From the NCBI GenBank assembly GCA_037146775.1, contig JBAWWL010000010.1:12963-76962 (forward strand): DNA of 64,000 nt, given 5' to 3'. The translations under genes and the position numbers were made by a program. This stretch comes from Candidatus Omnitrophota bacterium. Lineage in GTDB: Bacteria; Omnitrophota; Gorgyraeia; Duberdicusellales; 4484-171. The notes under the pieces were generated by a model that worked only from the letters and a program-made list of their open reading frames with translations, was not told the origin of the DNA and searched no databases. Positions 46,760-55,741 of the stretch are shown piece by piece. Within the stretch, counting starts at the first letter, position 1; every line of letters starts with the position of its first letter.

Positions 46760-47923
46760 CTATTTGCTATATTTTTTTATCAGCTCAAGTGCGATAATGT
46801 TCCGCTGTATCTGGTTCGTTCCCTCGTAGATCTGGGTTATTTTTGCATCGCGCATGAATTTCTCTATAGGGTAATCACGCATATATCCGTAGCCGCCGAA
46901 TATTTGTACTGCGTTTGTCGCGACTTCCATGGCTGTGTCAGAAGCAAATAATTTAGCTGCGGCACTGGCAGTTCCTACATCTTTGACTCCTCTGTCGACC
47001 ATGGATGCGACACTGTACACCAGACTTCTTGCAGCTTCGGTTTTAGTTACCATATCGGCAAGCATCCATTGAATACCCTGAAATGAGCTGATAGGTTTGC
47101 CAAATTGAATGCGTTTGTGAGAGTAGTCGGTAGCAAGTTCGAGTGCGCCTTGCGCAATCCCTACCGCTTGTGCGGCAACGCCAGGCCGTGACTGGTCAAA
47201 TGTTTTCATCGTCGCAATAAAACCAATACCTTCCCGTAATCCCAGTAAATTTTCTTTTGGAATTCTTGCGTCGCTAAAAACCAATTCCCTGGTGGACGAG
47301 GTGCGTATTCCCAGCTTTTCTTCTTTTTTACCGAAGGTAAAACCCGGAGTTCCTTTTTCCACAATAAATGCGGAAACGCCTCTGGCTCCCCGTGCTTTAT
47401 CGGTTACGGCAATTACGGTATAAATTTCGGCATCGCCGCCGTTAGTGATGAAATGCTTTGTGCCATTCAACACGTAGCTGTTGCCGTCTTTTTTTGCTGT
47501 TGTCTTGACTGCGGAAGCGTCGGAGCCTGCCTCGGGCTCGGTGAGTGCGAATGCGGCCAGTTTTTTCCCGGATGCGATATCGGGTAAGTATTTCTTTTTC
47601 TGTTCTTCCGTACCGAATAAAAGTATCGGAAACATCCCTAAAAACGATGCAGCGTAGGTTGTGGCGACGCCGCCGTCGACTCGGGAAATTTCTTCTGTGG
47701 CAATGCAGAGATTTAAAAGCCCAGCGCCCATTCCTCCATAGCTTTCAGGAATGCAGAGCGCGAAAAGATCGGATTTCGCAAGAGTCTTGACGATTTCCCA
47801 AGGGAATTCTTCTTTTTCGTCGAGTTCGTGTGAAAAGGGGCGTATTTTTTCTTCAGCAATCTGGCGGCACAAATCGCGCAACATTTTTTGTTCTTCGCTC
47901 AAAGGGTAGTCAACTAAAAACAT
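46760..47923 (-). CDS. Acyl-CoA dehydrogenase (short/butyryl-CoA type)
   Basis: ACAD signatures (ALTEPEAGSDA…; catalytic C-terminal YEGTNQIQ). 387 aa. Confidence 0.75.
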   Translation of the reverse strand: MFLVDYPLSEEQKMLRDLCRQIAEEKIRPFSHELDEKEEFPWEIVKTLAKSDLFALCIPESYGGMGAGLLNLCIATEEISRVDGGVATTYAASFLGMFPILLFGTEEQKKKYLPDIASGKKLAAFALTEPEAGSDASAVKTTAKKDGNSYVLNGTKHFITNGGDAEIYTVIAVTDKARGARGVSAFIVEKGTPGFTFGKKEEKLGIRTSSTRELVFSDARIPKENLLGLREGIGFIATMKTFDQSRPGVAAQAVGIAQGALELATDYSHKRIQFGKPISSFQGIQWMLADMVTKTEAARSLVYSVASMVDRGVKDVGTASAAAKLFASDTAMEVATNAVQIFGGYGYMRDYPIEKFMRDAKITQIYEGTNQIQRNIIALELIKKYSK

Positions 47924-47966
47924 ATTTTTGCTCCTTCCTTTTCCGTGCGTTTCCTGTAATAAATGA

Positions 47967-48419
47967 TTATATCGTGAGAATAACGGCTGTTTCCCTGCAG
48001 TTTGGAAAATAAATACAATTAACGCAGTCGCTCCATATTTTATGGGGAAGTTCTTTCATCTCAGTTTCCTGAAAGCCTACTTTTTTAAAGAATTGAGGTA
48101 CAAAGGTAAGTGCAAAAACTTTCTTTAGCCCCATGCTTTTTGCTTCTTCGACGCACCGGCATACCAGCTTTGCACCGACGCCCTGGTGCTGGAATTTCCT
48201 GTCAACGATCAGCGACTTTACCTCTCCTAAATCCTGCCAGCCTATTATATGCAACGCGCAACAGGCAATGATCTTTTTCTGCCGTTCTTCAAGCCAAAAA
48301 TCTCTAATATTCTCGTAAATGTAATTGAGGGGACGTTCGAGAACATGCCCTTTTTTGGCCCAGGTATTTATAAGCGAGTAAATAGCCTTAGCGTCAGTTA
48401 TCTTTGCTTTTCTTAGCAT
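47967..48419 (-). CDS. GNAT family N-acetyltransferase
   Basis: Acetyl-CoA-binding motif RKFQHQGVGAKL. 150 aa. Confidence 0.6.
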   Translation of the reverse strand: MLRKAKITDAKAIYSLINTWAKKGHVLERPLNYIYENIRDFWLEERQKKIIACCALHIIGWQDLGEVKSLIVDRKFQHQGVGAKLVCRCVEEAKSMGLKKVFALTFVPQFFKKVGFQETEMKELPHKIWSDCVNCIYFPNCRETAVILTI

Positions 48420-48978
48420 TATCGAAGAAAAAAGTTACTCCTCCCAAGTACATATTCGAGTCTATACCGCTGTTAGGGTGTTTAATGCTGGCATTGGAAA
48501 GATGGCGGTAGCGGTATTCGAGATTGAGTGCGACATTATCCTTGATAAAATAGTGTAATCCCGCTCCTCCCTGAGGAAGAAAGTTGTATTGCGTAGACTG
48601 CTCAAGCGTGTGTTGGCTCATGTAGAGCATACCTAGCCCGCCTTTTACGTATGGCTGTATTTTGGCATTAAGCGGTAGAACATATTTGACTAGAAAATTA
48701 GAACCAGCTTCGACGTTGCTGTTTGGCGAGTTAATGGTATTGATGAATGGTTCGAGAACAAAATCGAAACGTCCGGGGAACTTAAGCCCGATCTTACCCA
48801 AGAGCGGTTTGCCGTCAAAATCGAAGGCAACGAGTAAAGGTACTCCCTGGTATTTTTTCTGGGTATGGTCGAGATTACCGTTTAAAAAACCGGTGGTTAC
48901 TTCGATAGCATCAAGTGCGTGTGCAAACGGCAGAAAACAAAACAAGAAAACCATAACTAACAATACATTTTTTTTCAT
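48394..48978 (-). CDS. Outer-membrane beta-barrel protein (PagL-like acyloxyacyl hydrolase / OmpW-like)
   Basis: Signal peptide, alternating aromatic pattern, and a C-terminal …GGVTFFF terminus typical of OM beta-barrels. Confidence 0.4.
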   Translation of the reverse strand: MKKNVLLVMVFLFCFLPFAHALDAIEVTTGFLNGNLDHTQKKYQGVPLLVAFDFDGKPLLGKIGLKFPGRFDFVLEPFINTINSPNSNVEAGSNFLVKYVLPLNAKIQPYVKGGLGMLYMSQHTLEQSTQYNFLPQGGAGLHYFIKDNVALNLEYRYRHLSNASIKHPNSGIDSNMYLGGVTFFFDNAKKSKDN

Positions 48979-49059
48979 AGGTAATCCTCCTTAAGAATAA
49001 ATTTTAAACGGGAAAGTGTGATCTGTCAAATCTTTTTAGAAAAAAATGTTCGCGTGTTA

Positions 49060-50340
49060 TTAGCGGGAAGACGTGGTTTTTGGTTTTTTCGGTTTGATGC
49101 TGGGGTGGGTAAAAAAATCTTTCAGCACAGAAAAGGCTTTTTTCGGTATCCTTTCATCGAGGGTGTCTTCCAGTTTCATTTTTAAACTTACAATGCCGAA
49201 CCATTCTTCGTTCATGTTCAGGCCGGTAGAAACTCTGATATCATGGTAATAAGCTCCGTTAGACCAGCCGGCTTCCGAGTTATGAAGAACCCATTCTGAG
49301 GTGTATCCTTCATTGTGTTTCCACCACTCGTCGTTCCACTCAAAAAGAGCACCGCCAATGCAATTCCCTTCTTTATTACCGCTTGAGACGGTATTGGCAT
49401 AAATGTCCTGCCATTGCGAGAGCACATACTCGGCTTGAGTTTCTTGATCTTCTTTATTCTTGTAGGAGTCGTAGCTGTCCGCGCCAAACTCAGAAAGAAA
49501 AATCGGCTTATCAAAAACATTTTTAACATGGCGAAAAAGATTTCCGAATGTTTTACCGCGATAAGCTATGATTGCCAAAACATCGATATTTTTACAGATA
49601 CGTGCGGCGATATCGAGGAAGTTCGCTTCGCCGTTACCAAGGGCAATCGGATGTACGGGGTCAATCTTTTTTATTTCCGCAGCTAACTCATCGGCAAACG
49701 TATAATAGATTTCTGCCCGGCGGGCAATTTGATTACACGGTTCTTTAATCTGCTCTATTTCGGGAGAGGTCCAGAAGCAGATTTTACCCGCAAAGGTATA
49801 ATTGTTTTCATTACCCAATACCCACATTAAGAGACCTTTTTCGTTTTTGAGGGCTTCGACAATTTTTAATATCCGCTCTTTGGTTTTTTGTTGAAAAGTT
49901 GAGTCGGCATAGTTTGGGCCGGGGTATGTCCAGAGCCCCATCCAATCGCTCACGATCGTATAAATACCGAATTTCTCGTACATGTCGCGAATGAATTCTT
50001 TTGTTTTTTCTATGTCGTTGCCAACGCTATAAATACGTACGCAATTAACACCAAGCTTTTTCATGAGTTTGCCGTCAGCGAGCCACGGCTTTTTACTATC
50101 CGCAAGAAAATCGTAATCGTAGCCTTTACCGATTGGTGTGGGGTTGTAAATAAGGCCTTTCAGGAATACCGGTTTACCTTTTATGTAAAGACAGTATCCC
50201 CCTTCTTTGGTAGCTTCAATAACCACGCTTGCCACCTGGCTAAAGGCGTTGAAAAATAGCAGGCAGCCTAATAAAAGGCTGCCTGCTATCACAATAAGTT
50301 TACTCTTTTTCGTATCTAATGTCATCGAGGTAGAACACAA
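49060..50340 (-). CDS. Clan GH-A TIM-barrel glycoside hydrolase (GH5/GH2-like)
   Basis: Signal peptide. GVNCVRIY, WVLGNENNY (acid/base NE) and FLSEFG (nucleophile E) motifs. Paralogous to the C-terminal domain of 51624..54023. Confidence 0.55.
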   Translation of the reverse strand: MCSTSMTLDTKKSKLIVIAGSLLLGCLLFFNAFSQVASVVIEATKEGGYCLYIKGKPVFLKGLIYNPTPIGKGYDYDFLADSKKPWLADGKLMKKLGVNCVRIYSVGNDIEKTKEFIRDMYEKFGIYTIVSDWMGLWTYPGPNYADSTFQQKTKERILKIVEALKNEKGLLMWVLGNENNYTFAGKICFWTSPEIEQIKEPCNQIARRAEIYYTFADELAAEIKKIDPVHPIALGNGEANFLDIAARICKNIDVLAIIAYRGKTFGNLFRHVKNVFDKPIFLSEFGADSYDSYKNKEDQETQAEYVLSQWQDIYANTVSSGNKEGNCIGGALFEWNDEWWKHNEGYTSEWVLHNSEAGWSNGAYYHDIRVSTGLNMNEEWFGIVSLKMKLEDTLDERIPKKAFSVLKDFFTHPSIKPKKPKTTSSR

Positions 50341-51475
50341 CCCCTTCAGGATCGTTTACGTCAATATTTGTTGCCCAACAGAATCCGCCAATTACATAAG
50401 AAAGGTCTTTTCCTTTGAGGTCGATCTCATATTTTTTCCAGTCCTTTGTAAGCTGTACCGGACCGATGCTGGCACTGTCGGAGTCCGCGTGTTCGCCGCT
50501 ATTGATGCCGCCCATTTTGAATTCGTTGATAGTTTCTCCGCCTTTTTCGCCTCGTGCCCAGAAAGTAACTTTCGTTGCGCCCTGGAGGTTAAAGCCGGCG
50601 TTAGGAACGGTTCCCCAGTTGTTGGCCGGTTGCTGCCAATACATACCTGCCCAGCGAGTTCCGGAATTGTTGCGATATTCAATGCGAACGCAGGAAGTGC
50701 CGCTAAAGGGCAAATTCTTCCAATTTACGTCTAATTTTAAGTCTTTCGCCGCGGTAGCAGGCATCCATCCGGAAGGAATAAAATGGTTATCTAAGCTTGA
50801 AGCATCCGCATATACATAGAAAGGAAAATTGGTTTTTGCTTCTTCTTTCTTTAAGCCAGCGTCAACGGTGAAATAAATATCATCTAAATAAATCGATTGC
50901 TCTCCGCCGGCCTGGTCCGCGTTAAACACGATACAAAACCCGCCGTTAATGTAATGCATATCCTTTCCGGTGAGGTTAATCGAATATTGCTGCCAATCTT
51001 TCGTTAATTTAACCGGGCCGTATTCGACAGTAGTGGAATCGGGAAACTGTACTGTTTCACCTGCGGTAGTTTTAATTATGCCGCCAATTTTTATCGAGGT
51101 AATAACTTCTCCGCCTTTTTCGCCTTTTGCCCAAAACACAAGTTTGTTGAAACCGGTTAAATCGACGCCGGTATCCTTTGCGCCCCAGTTATTCTGTGAG
51201 GATTGCCAGTAAATACCTGTCCAACCCTGGCCTTGAGTCTTTTTTGCGGCATAGGTTATCTTCATACATGATGTGCCGCGAGCACCTACGGTTTCTTGGT
51301 CATTAAATTTTAAATCGCCGAAATCGCCCATCCAGCCGGAAGGAATAAAATGGTTGCCGGTTGCGCCCTTGTCGCTATAGACGTCAAACCGTTTTTCTTC
51401 TTTTTTTTCCTCGGCTGCCAGGACGCCGCTTATTACCAACATACACCCGAGTATCACAAGTAAAATCTTACGCAT
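50300..51475 (-). CDS. Secreted protein with two tandem carbohydrate-binding-module-like domains
   Basis: Internal duplication: …NHFIPSGWMGDFGD…GTSCMKITY…WTGIYWQSSQNNWG…FWAKGEKGGE… versus …NHFIPSGWMPATAA…GTSCVRIEY…WAGMYWQQPANNWG…FWARGEKGGE…. Confidence 0.45.
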   Translation of the reverse strand: MRKILLVILGCMLVISGVLAAEEKKEEKRFDVYSDKGATGNHFIPSGWMGDFGDLKFNDQETVGARGTSCMKITYAAKKTQGQGWTGIYWQSSQNNWGAKDTGVDLTGFNKLVFWAKGEKGGEVITSIKIGGIIKTTAGETVQFPDSTTVEYGPVKLTKDWQQYSINLTGKDMHYINGGFCIVFNADQAGGEQSIYLDDIYFTVDAGLKKEEAKTNFPFYVYADASSLDNHFIPSGWMPATAAKDLKLDVNWKNLPFSGTSCVRIEYRNNSGTRWAGMYWQQPANNWGTVPNAGFNLQGATKVTFWARGEKGGETINEFKMGGINSGEHADSDSASIGPVQLTKDWKKYEIDLKGKDLSYVIGGFCWATNIDVNDPEGVVFYLDDIRYEKE

Positions 51476-51623
51476 TCCGTTCCTCCTTCTGTTTAGATCA
51501 TTACTGTACCAAATACACAGTAAACAATAAACTGCATTTTTTTGTTGTTTCGCCCCTTTTCACCTCCTTCTGATCGTTTCAACGTAGTAAATTAAGCAAT
51601 AGAGAACGTTTAAAATGTACGCG

Positions 51624-54023
51624 TCAATTGTCTTTCCACAATCCTTTATAGGTAAGGTATGCCTTTTTTAATGTACGTAAAAAAGGAGATTGTTTACCTT
51701 CGCCTTGGCCTACAACGCCAAGCCATTCTTCATGCATATAACCATCCAGAAAAGGCCCCGTAAAAAGGCCTTTGCGGTCATGATGCCATGGTTTATAGGA
51801 TTTCCACCACTCATCCGTCCATTCGAACACGAATCCGCCGATTGCATTTCCTGTGCCATATCCGCTTGAGTTGCAGGCAATATCCAGCCAGGCGTTGCGA
51901 TGGTATTCAGCCTGAAAAGATTCGGATTCTTCCATGGAATATCCTTGTGCATAAGAAGGTGCGCCATATTCGGTAATCATTGCGGCCCTACTCGATGTAT
52001 TTTTGACTTCATCCCAAAAATCAAAGAATCCGTATTTTCCTCGGTAACAGTTTGTTCCAAACACATCAATATCGGGACAGTTTTTAGCAAAAACATCCAG
52101 GAACAGCGCATCCCCTGACGCAATACCAACCGGCCGCTTAAGGGGGTCGAGTTGTTTTATTAACTTTGCTGCTTCGTTTGCGAATTTAAAAAAACTTTCC
52201 GGCTTTTTGTCGGCATTACACGCAACGCCGTACACATTCTCGTTTCCTAAAAGCCACATGATGATACCGGGTTCGTCCTTGAATTCGGTAACCATTTCCC
52301 GTACACTTGAGAGCATATTTTCTTGATGAGCAGGATCGTCGTAGTCAGTTCCCGGTTCCCATGGCGCTTTACTTCCGAGGGCGTATTTTCCCAAAAAATC
52401 GCCCAATACTGTATATATACCATATTTTTGGTACATTTGTCGAATAAGTTCTTTATTTATTTTAAATGGCTGGTGATATAGCCGTACGCAGTTAACTCCC
52501 ATATTTTTCATGAGATAAAAGTCACCGACTGTCTTTTCCCCTGCGTCTTGTATGCCGTTTGCGTTTTCGTCCACCCAGGTTTCGTAGGGAGCGTCGATGG
52601 TATTGTTATTGTTTACATCCTGGATACTCCAGTTTTGTTGAGTGCCTTTATCGGGAGATTCGCCAACACGGGTAGGGGCGTAAGTGACTCCTTTTATGAT
52701 AAATGGTTTTCCGTCAACCAGAAATTGCCAATCCCCGTTTTCGTAACGCACTATCTTTACTTTTTCTCCGCCTCTGGTTTCAACGATTTTACCCGGTTTC
52801 CGGTATTTTTCCTGCGCAGGGCATAGATTGGTCTTTAAGCATAACTTTTGCAGTATGTTTGCTTTAACTAATTTCCCCGGATTGACTATAAAAATATCGT
52901 TTCGTATGTCATTATCAAAGCCATTTATTACCTTTATCGAAGCGCCCTCCAACCTCAAGCCTAATTCCGGATTTTCCCGCAAGAGATGTTTGATCCGGTA
53001 CAGGCTTGCTTTGCCGATATACCAAGGCGTGTGCCAGTATGTCCATCCGTACGCAGTCGGAAAATGGACCAATACCGCATAGTAAGCTTTAATGGCTTGC
53101 TTTGTGAGTCCGCTGCGTTCCAGAATGTCGGCAATAAAAAATTGTTTTACCCCCCACGGTTCGGGGGCAATATTCCATTTATAAAATGCGGTCTTAAAAT
53201 CGCGACTATTTAAAATATTCCAGTGTTCGACAGTGCCTATTTCTTTTTTTATTTTAATGAATTCAGGGTCAAATTTAAGTGAGCTGGAATTTGGGTAAAT
53301 TCCTTCGCCTACGGCGTTCGATAAACCGATTTGGTCTTTAATTATGTACTGGTATTCTTTGGTCCCGGCACCTTTAAATTCGCCATACTTGGTATAATCA
53401 ACCGGAAAGATACCCGGGTCATATAGCTCAATAAGTATTGATTTTTCTAAAACGTTTGGTGCCTCAGTGTCGGTTCCTTTGATCTCGTCCAGGACTTTTT
53501 CTGCAGTCTCTTTTATGGACCAGAAAGTTCCGCGTGAAGGGTCGAATGCTTGCGCGTAGGGGTATTTTTTTGTCACTTCTTCAAGTATTTTTGCCGCCTC
53601 ATCAATTTTATTTTCGTCACGCAGGCTTTCGCCTTTGATAAAGTAACTTATCGCTACATCATCCATTATTTTGAAGGCGGTTTCCTCATTTTGAGGAGGG
53701 AATTTTTGGAGTGTTGCGGCAAGTTTATCGGCTTCGGCTGAGAACTTGAAAATGCATTCGTCGGTAACCTTATACACTTCTTCGTATTTCTTTTCTCCTT
53801 GCAGTGCCCATGCCTTTTTTACATATTCGGAAGAGTCTTCTTGTTGCGCAAAACAGACCAAAGACCAAAAACTAAAGATTAAAGACAAAAAACAGACAAC
53901 AGAAAAATCTGCCTTTTGGCCTCTGCCCTCTGACTTCTGACTTCTGCCTTCTGCCTTCTGTCCTCTGGCTTCTGTCTTCTGCCTTCTGTCCTCTGACCTC
54001 TGACCTCTGTCCTCTGTCTTCAT
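51624..54023 (-). CDS. Membrane-anchored clan GH-A glycoside hydrolase with N-terminal heptad-repeat (RGQKSEG)n extension
   Basis: The ATG overlaps the stop of the upstream permease (ATGA). N-terminus is MKTEDRGQRSEDRRQKTEARGQKAEGRSQKSEGRGQKAD, followed by a hydrophobic anchor FSVVCFLSLIFSFWSLVCFA. C-terminal domain has VNCVRLY, WLLGNENVY and ITEYG. Confidence 0.55.
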   Translation of the reverse strand: MKTEDRGQRSEDRRQKTEARGQKAEGRSQKSEGRGQKADFSVVCFLSLIFSFWSLVCFAQQEDSSEYVKKAWALQGEKKYEEVYKVTDECIFKFSAEADKLAATLQKFPPQNEETAFKIMDDVAISYFIKGESLRDENKIDEAAKILEEVTKKYPYAQAFDPSRGTFWSIKETAEKVLDEIKGTDTEAPNVLEKSILIELYDPGIFPVDYTKYGEFKGAGTKEYQYIIKDQIGLSNAVGEGIYPNSSSLKFDPEFIKIKKEIGTVEHWNILNSRDFKTAFYKWNIAPEPWGVKQFFIADILERSGLTKQAIKAYYAVLVHFPTAYGWTYWHTPWYIGKASLYRIKHLLRENPELGLRLEGASIKVINGFDNDIRNDIFIVNPGKLVKANILQKLCLKTNLCPAQEKYRKPGKIVETRGGEKVKIVRYENGDWQFLVDGKPFIIKGVTYAPTRVGESPDKGTQQNWSIQDVNNNNTIDAPYETWVDENANGIQDAGEKTVGDFYLMKNMGVNCVRLYHQPFKINKELIRQMYQKYGIYTVLGDFLGKYALGSKAPWEPGTDYDDPAHQENMLSSVREMVTEFKDEPGIIMWLLGNENVYGVACNADKKPESFFKFANEAAKLIKQLDPLKRPVGIASGDALFLDVFAKNCPDIDVFGTNCYRGKYGFFDFWDEVKNTSSRAAMITEYGAPSYAQGYSMEESESFQAEYHRNAWLDIACNSSGYGTGNAIGGFVFEWTDEWWKSYKPWHHDRKGLFTGPFLDGYMHEEWLGVVGQGEGKQSPFLRTLKKAYLTYKGLWKDN
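53908..54019. repeat. Degenerate heptanucleotide tandem array, about 16 units of TCTGNCT (second copy, inside CDS)
   Basis: tctgcct … tctgacc tctgacc tctgtcc tctgtct. Same unit and phase as the 5227..5359 array. Encodes the 7-aa repeats of the GH N-terminus. Confidence 0.85.
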
Positions 54024-54856
54024 CCCACCACCGCTCCGGCAGTTAAACCTTTAATGATTTGTTTCTGCATCCGCAGGTATAGCAATATAATAGGAAGAGC
54101 TGCTACCGCTAAAGCTGCCATAATCAAGGTGTGTTGGATGATATTACGGTTATAGATTTCCATTAACCCTACCTGTAGCGGCATTAGTTTATCTTCGGTA
54201 AACATCAATGACGCAAGCACGAATTCATTCCAGACGTTAAGTGTATTAAAAATAATTACCACAGCTAATGCCGGAGCTACAAGCGGCAGTCCGACATTCC
54301 ACCAGATTTGCAAACGGTTGCAACCGTCAATTCTGGCGGCATCCTCGAGATCGCGCGGTAATTGATCAAAAAAGGTGCGCAGCATATAGATACTTAAAGA
54401 AAGCCCCATATTGGTCATTGCCAGAATATAGCCGGTTCGGTTAATGAGATGCAGTTTATTGAGTAAGATGTAGACAGGCACGAAACCCGCAGGTAAGGGG
54501 ATCATCATTGCCGCTAAAAACATGAAAAATATAACGTTTTTACCGGGAAAATTCAAACGCGAAAACGAATAGGCGGCAAGCGAAGAAATAATCACGATCA
54601 AAAAGACCGTTACGATCGTATAAAAGACGCTGTTGACAAAATATGAGCCAAGATTGCCGTCGACGAGCGCGGTTTTGTAATTGTCGACGTTGAATCGCGT
54701 AACTGGTTTAAGGCCGAAATCACTACGGAATTCCTGCTCGGTCTTGAGTGATACATTAAGCATCCAGATGAGCGGGAAAATACAGCTTAGCGCTACGCTT
54801 AAAAGGAATAAGTGCAGAAACAGGAGAATGAATATTTTTTTAGTTCGGTAATACAC
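54020..54856 (-). CDS. Carbohydrate ABC transporter permease (MalG/UgpE-like)
   Basis: EAA-loop region DAARIDGCNRLQIWWNVGLPLVAP. 278 aa, six TM helices. Confidence 0.75.
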   Translation of the reverse strand: MYYRTKKIFILLFLHLFLLSVALSCIFPLIWMLNVSLKTEQEFRSDFGLKPVTRFNVDNYKTALVDGNLGSYFVNSVFYTIVTVFLIVIISSLAAYSFSRLNFPGKNVIFFMFLAAMMIPLPAGFVPVYILLNKLHLINRTGYILAMTNMGLSLSIYMLRTFFDQLPRDLEDAARIDGCNRLQIWWNVGLPLVAPALAVVIIFNTLNVWNEFVLASLMFTEDKLMPLQVGLMEIYNRNIIQHTLIMAALAVAALPIILLYLRMQKQIIKGLTAGAVVG

Positions 54857-55730
54857 CCCAGCGTTTCCTTATTTGTTTGGAGATGTGTAGCATGGTGAAC
54901 GACACGATAATCAATAAAATCCCCAGTACTACTCCTTCGGCGCAAGCTAAACCAACTTGATTACCGCGTAGATGATTATAGATACGCATGACCGGAACCT
55001 GGGTAAGCCCTCCGGCTCCTCTGGTAAGAGCCAGGATCATAGCGAATGCCTGCATAGTGCCTAATATGGTCAAGACGAATACGACGGCAATCACCGGCAT
55101 CAGAAGCGGGAAAGTGACCCGGCAAAATGTTTGCCAGGCGTTGGCGCCGTCAATACGCGCGGCTTCATATAATTGTTCCGGAATAGTTTGTAACCCGGCA
55201 AGTAAGATAACGAACGCCCAACCAAAACCTTTCCAACAGTGGACCAGGGCAGTGGTGAGAAGTACTCTGTCTTTTCCTAGCCAATCGATTGCAAAAAATC
55301 CCAGACCGGCCTTTTTGAGCCACTGGTTGAAAATTCCGGGGTCTGAAACGAGAATTTCTCGCATAAGTAATCCTATAATGATCTCCGACAATACCGGTAA
55401 TATAAAAAATATGACGCGATAAATCTTGCCGGTCCGGGTAGCCCGATCGACTCCGAGTGCCAGGCAAAACGCAAGGATATTCTGAAAAGTAAGCGCCCAG
55501 AAGGTGATGAAGGCGCTGTTATACATCGATTGCCACCAATCTTTATCGTAGAAAAGGATTTCTTTGAAATTAGACCAGCCGACGAATTCCAAAGAAGAAA
55601 TTGCGTCTCCGCGCTGGAAGCTTAGCACGAACGTATAAATGAAGGGGTACACGTAAAAAATACAGAAAATCAAAAAGGCAGGCAGTACAAAGGAAAAATT
55701 TTTAAATTTGTCAGACAGAGAGTCGTGCAT
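54840..55730 (-). CDS. Carbohydrate ABC transporter permease (MalF/UgpA-like)
   Basis: EAARIDGANAWQTFCRVTFPLLMP motif. 296 aa. Confidence 0.75.
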   Translation of the reverse strand: MHDSLSDKFKNFSFVLPAFLIFCIFYVYPFIYTFVLSFQRGDAISSLEFVGWSNFKEILFYDKDWWQSMYNSAFITFWALTFQNILAFCLALGVDRATRTGKIYRVIFFILPVLSEIIIGLLMREILVSDPGIFNQWLKKAGLGFFAIDWLGKDRVLLTTALVHCWKGFGWAFVILLAGLQTIPEQLYEAARIDGANAWQTFCRVTFPLLMPVIAVVFVLTILGTMQAFAMILALTRGAGGLTQVPVMRIYNHLRGNQVGLACAEGVVLGILLIIVSFTMLHISKQIRKRWGVLPN

Positions 55731-55741
55731 AATGGAAATAT

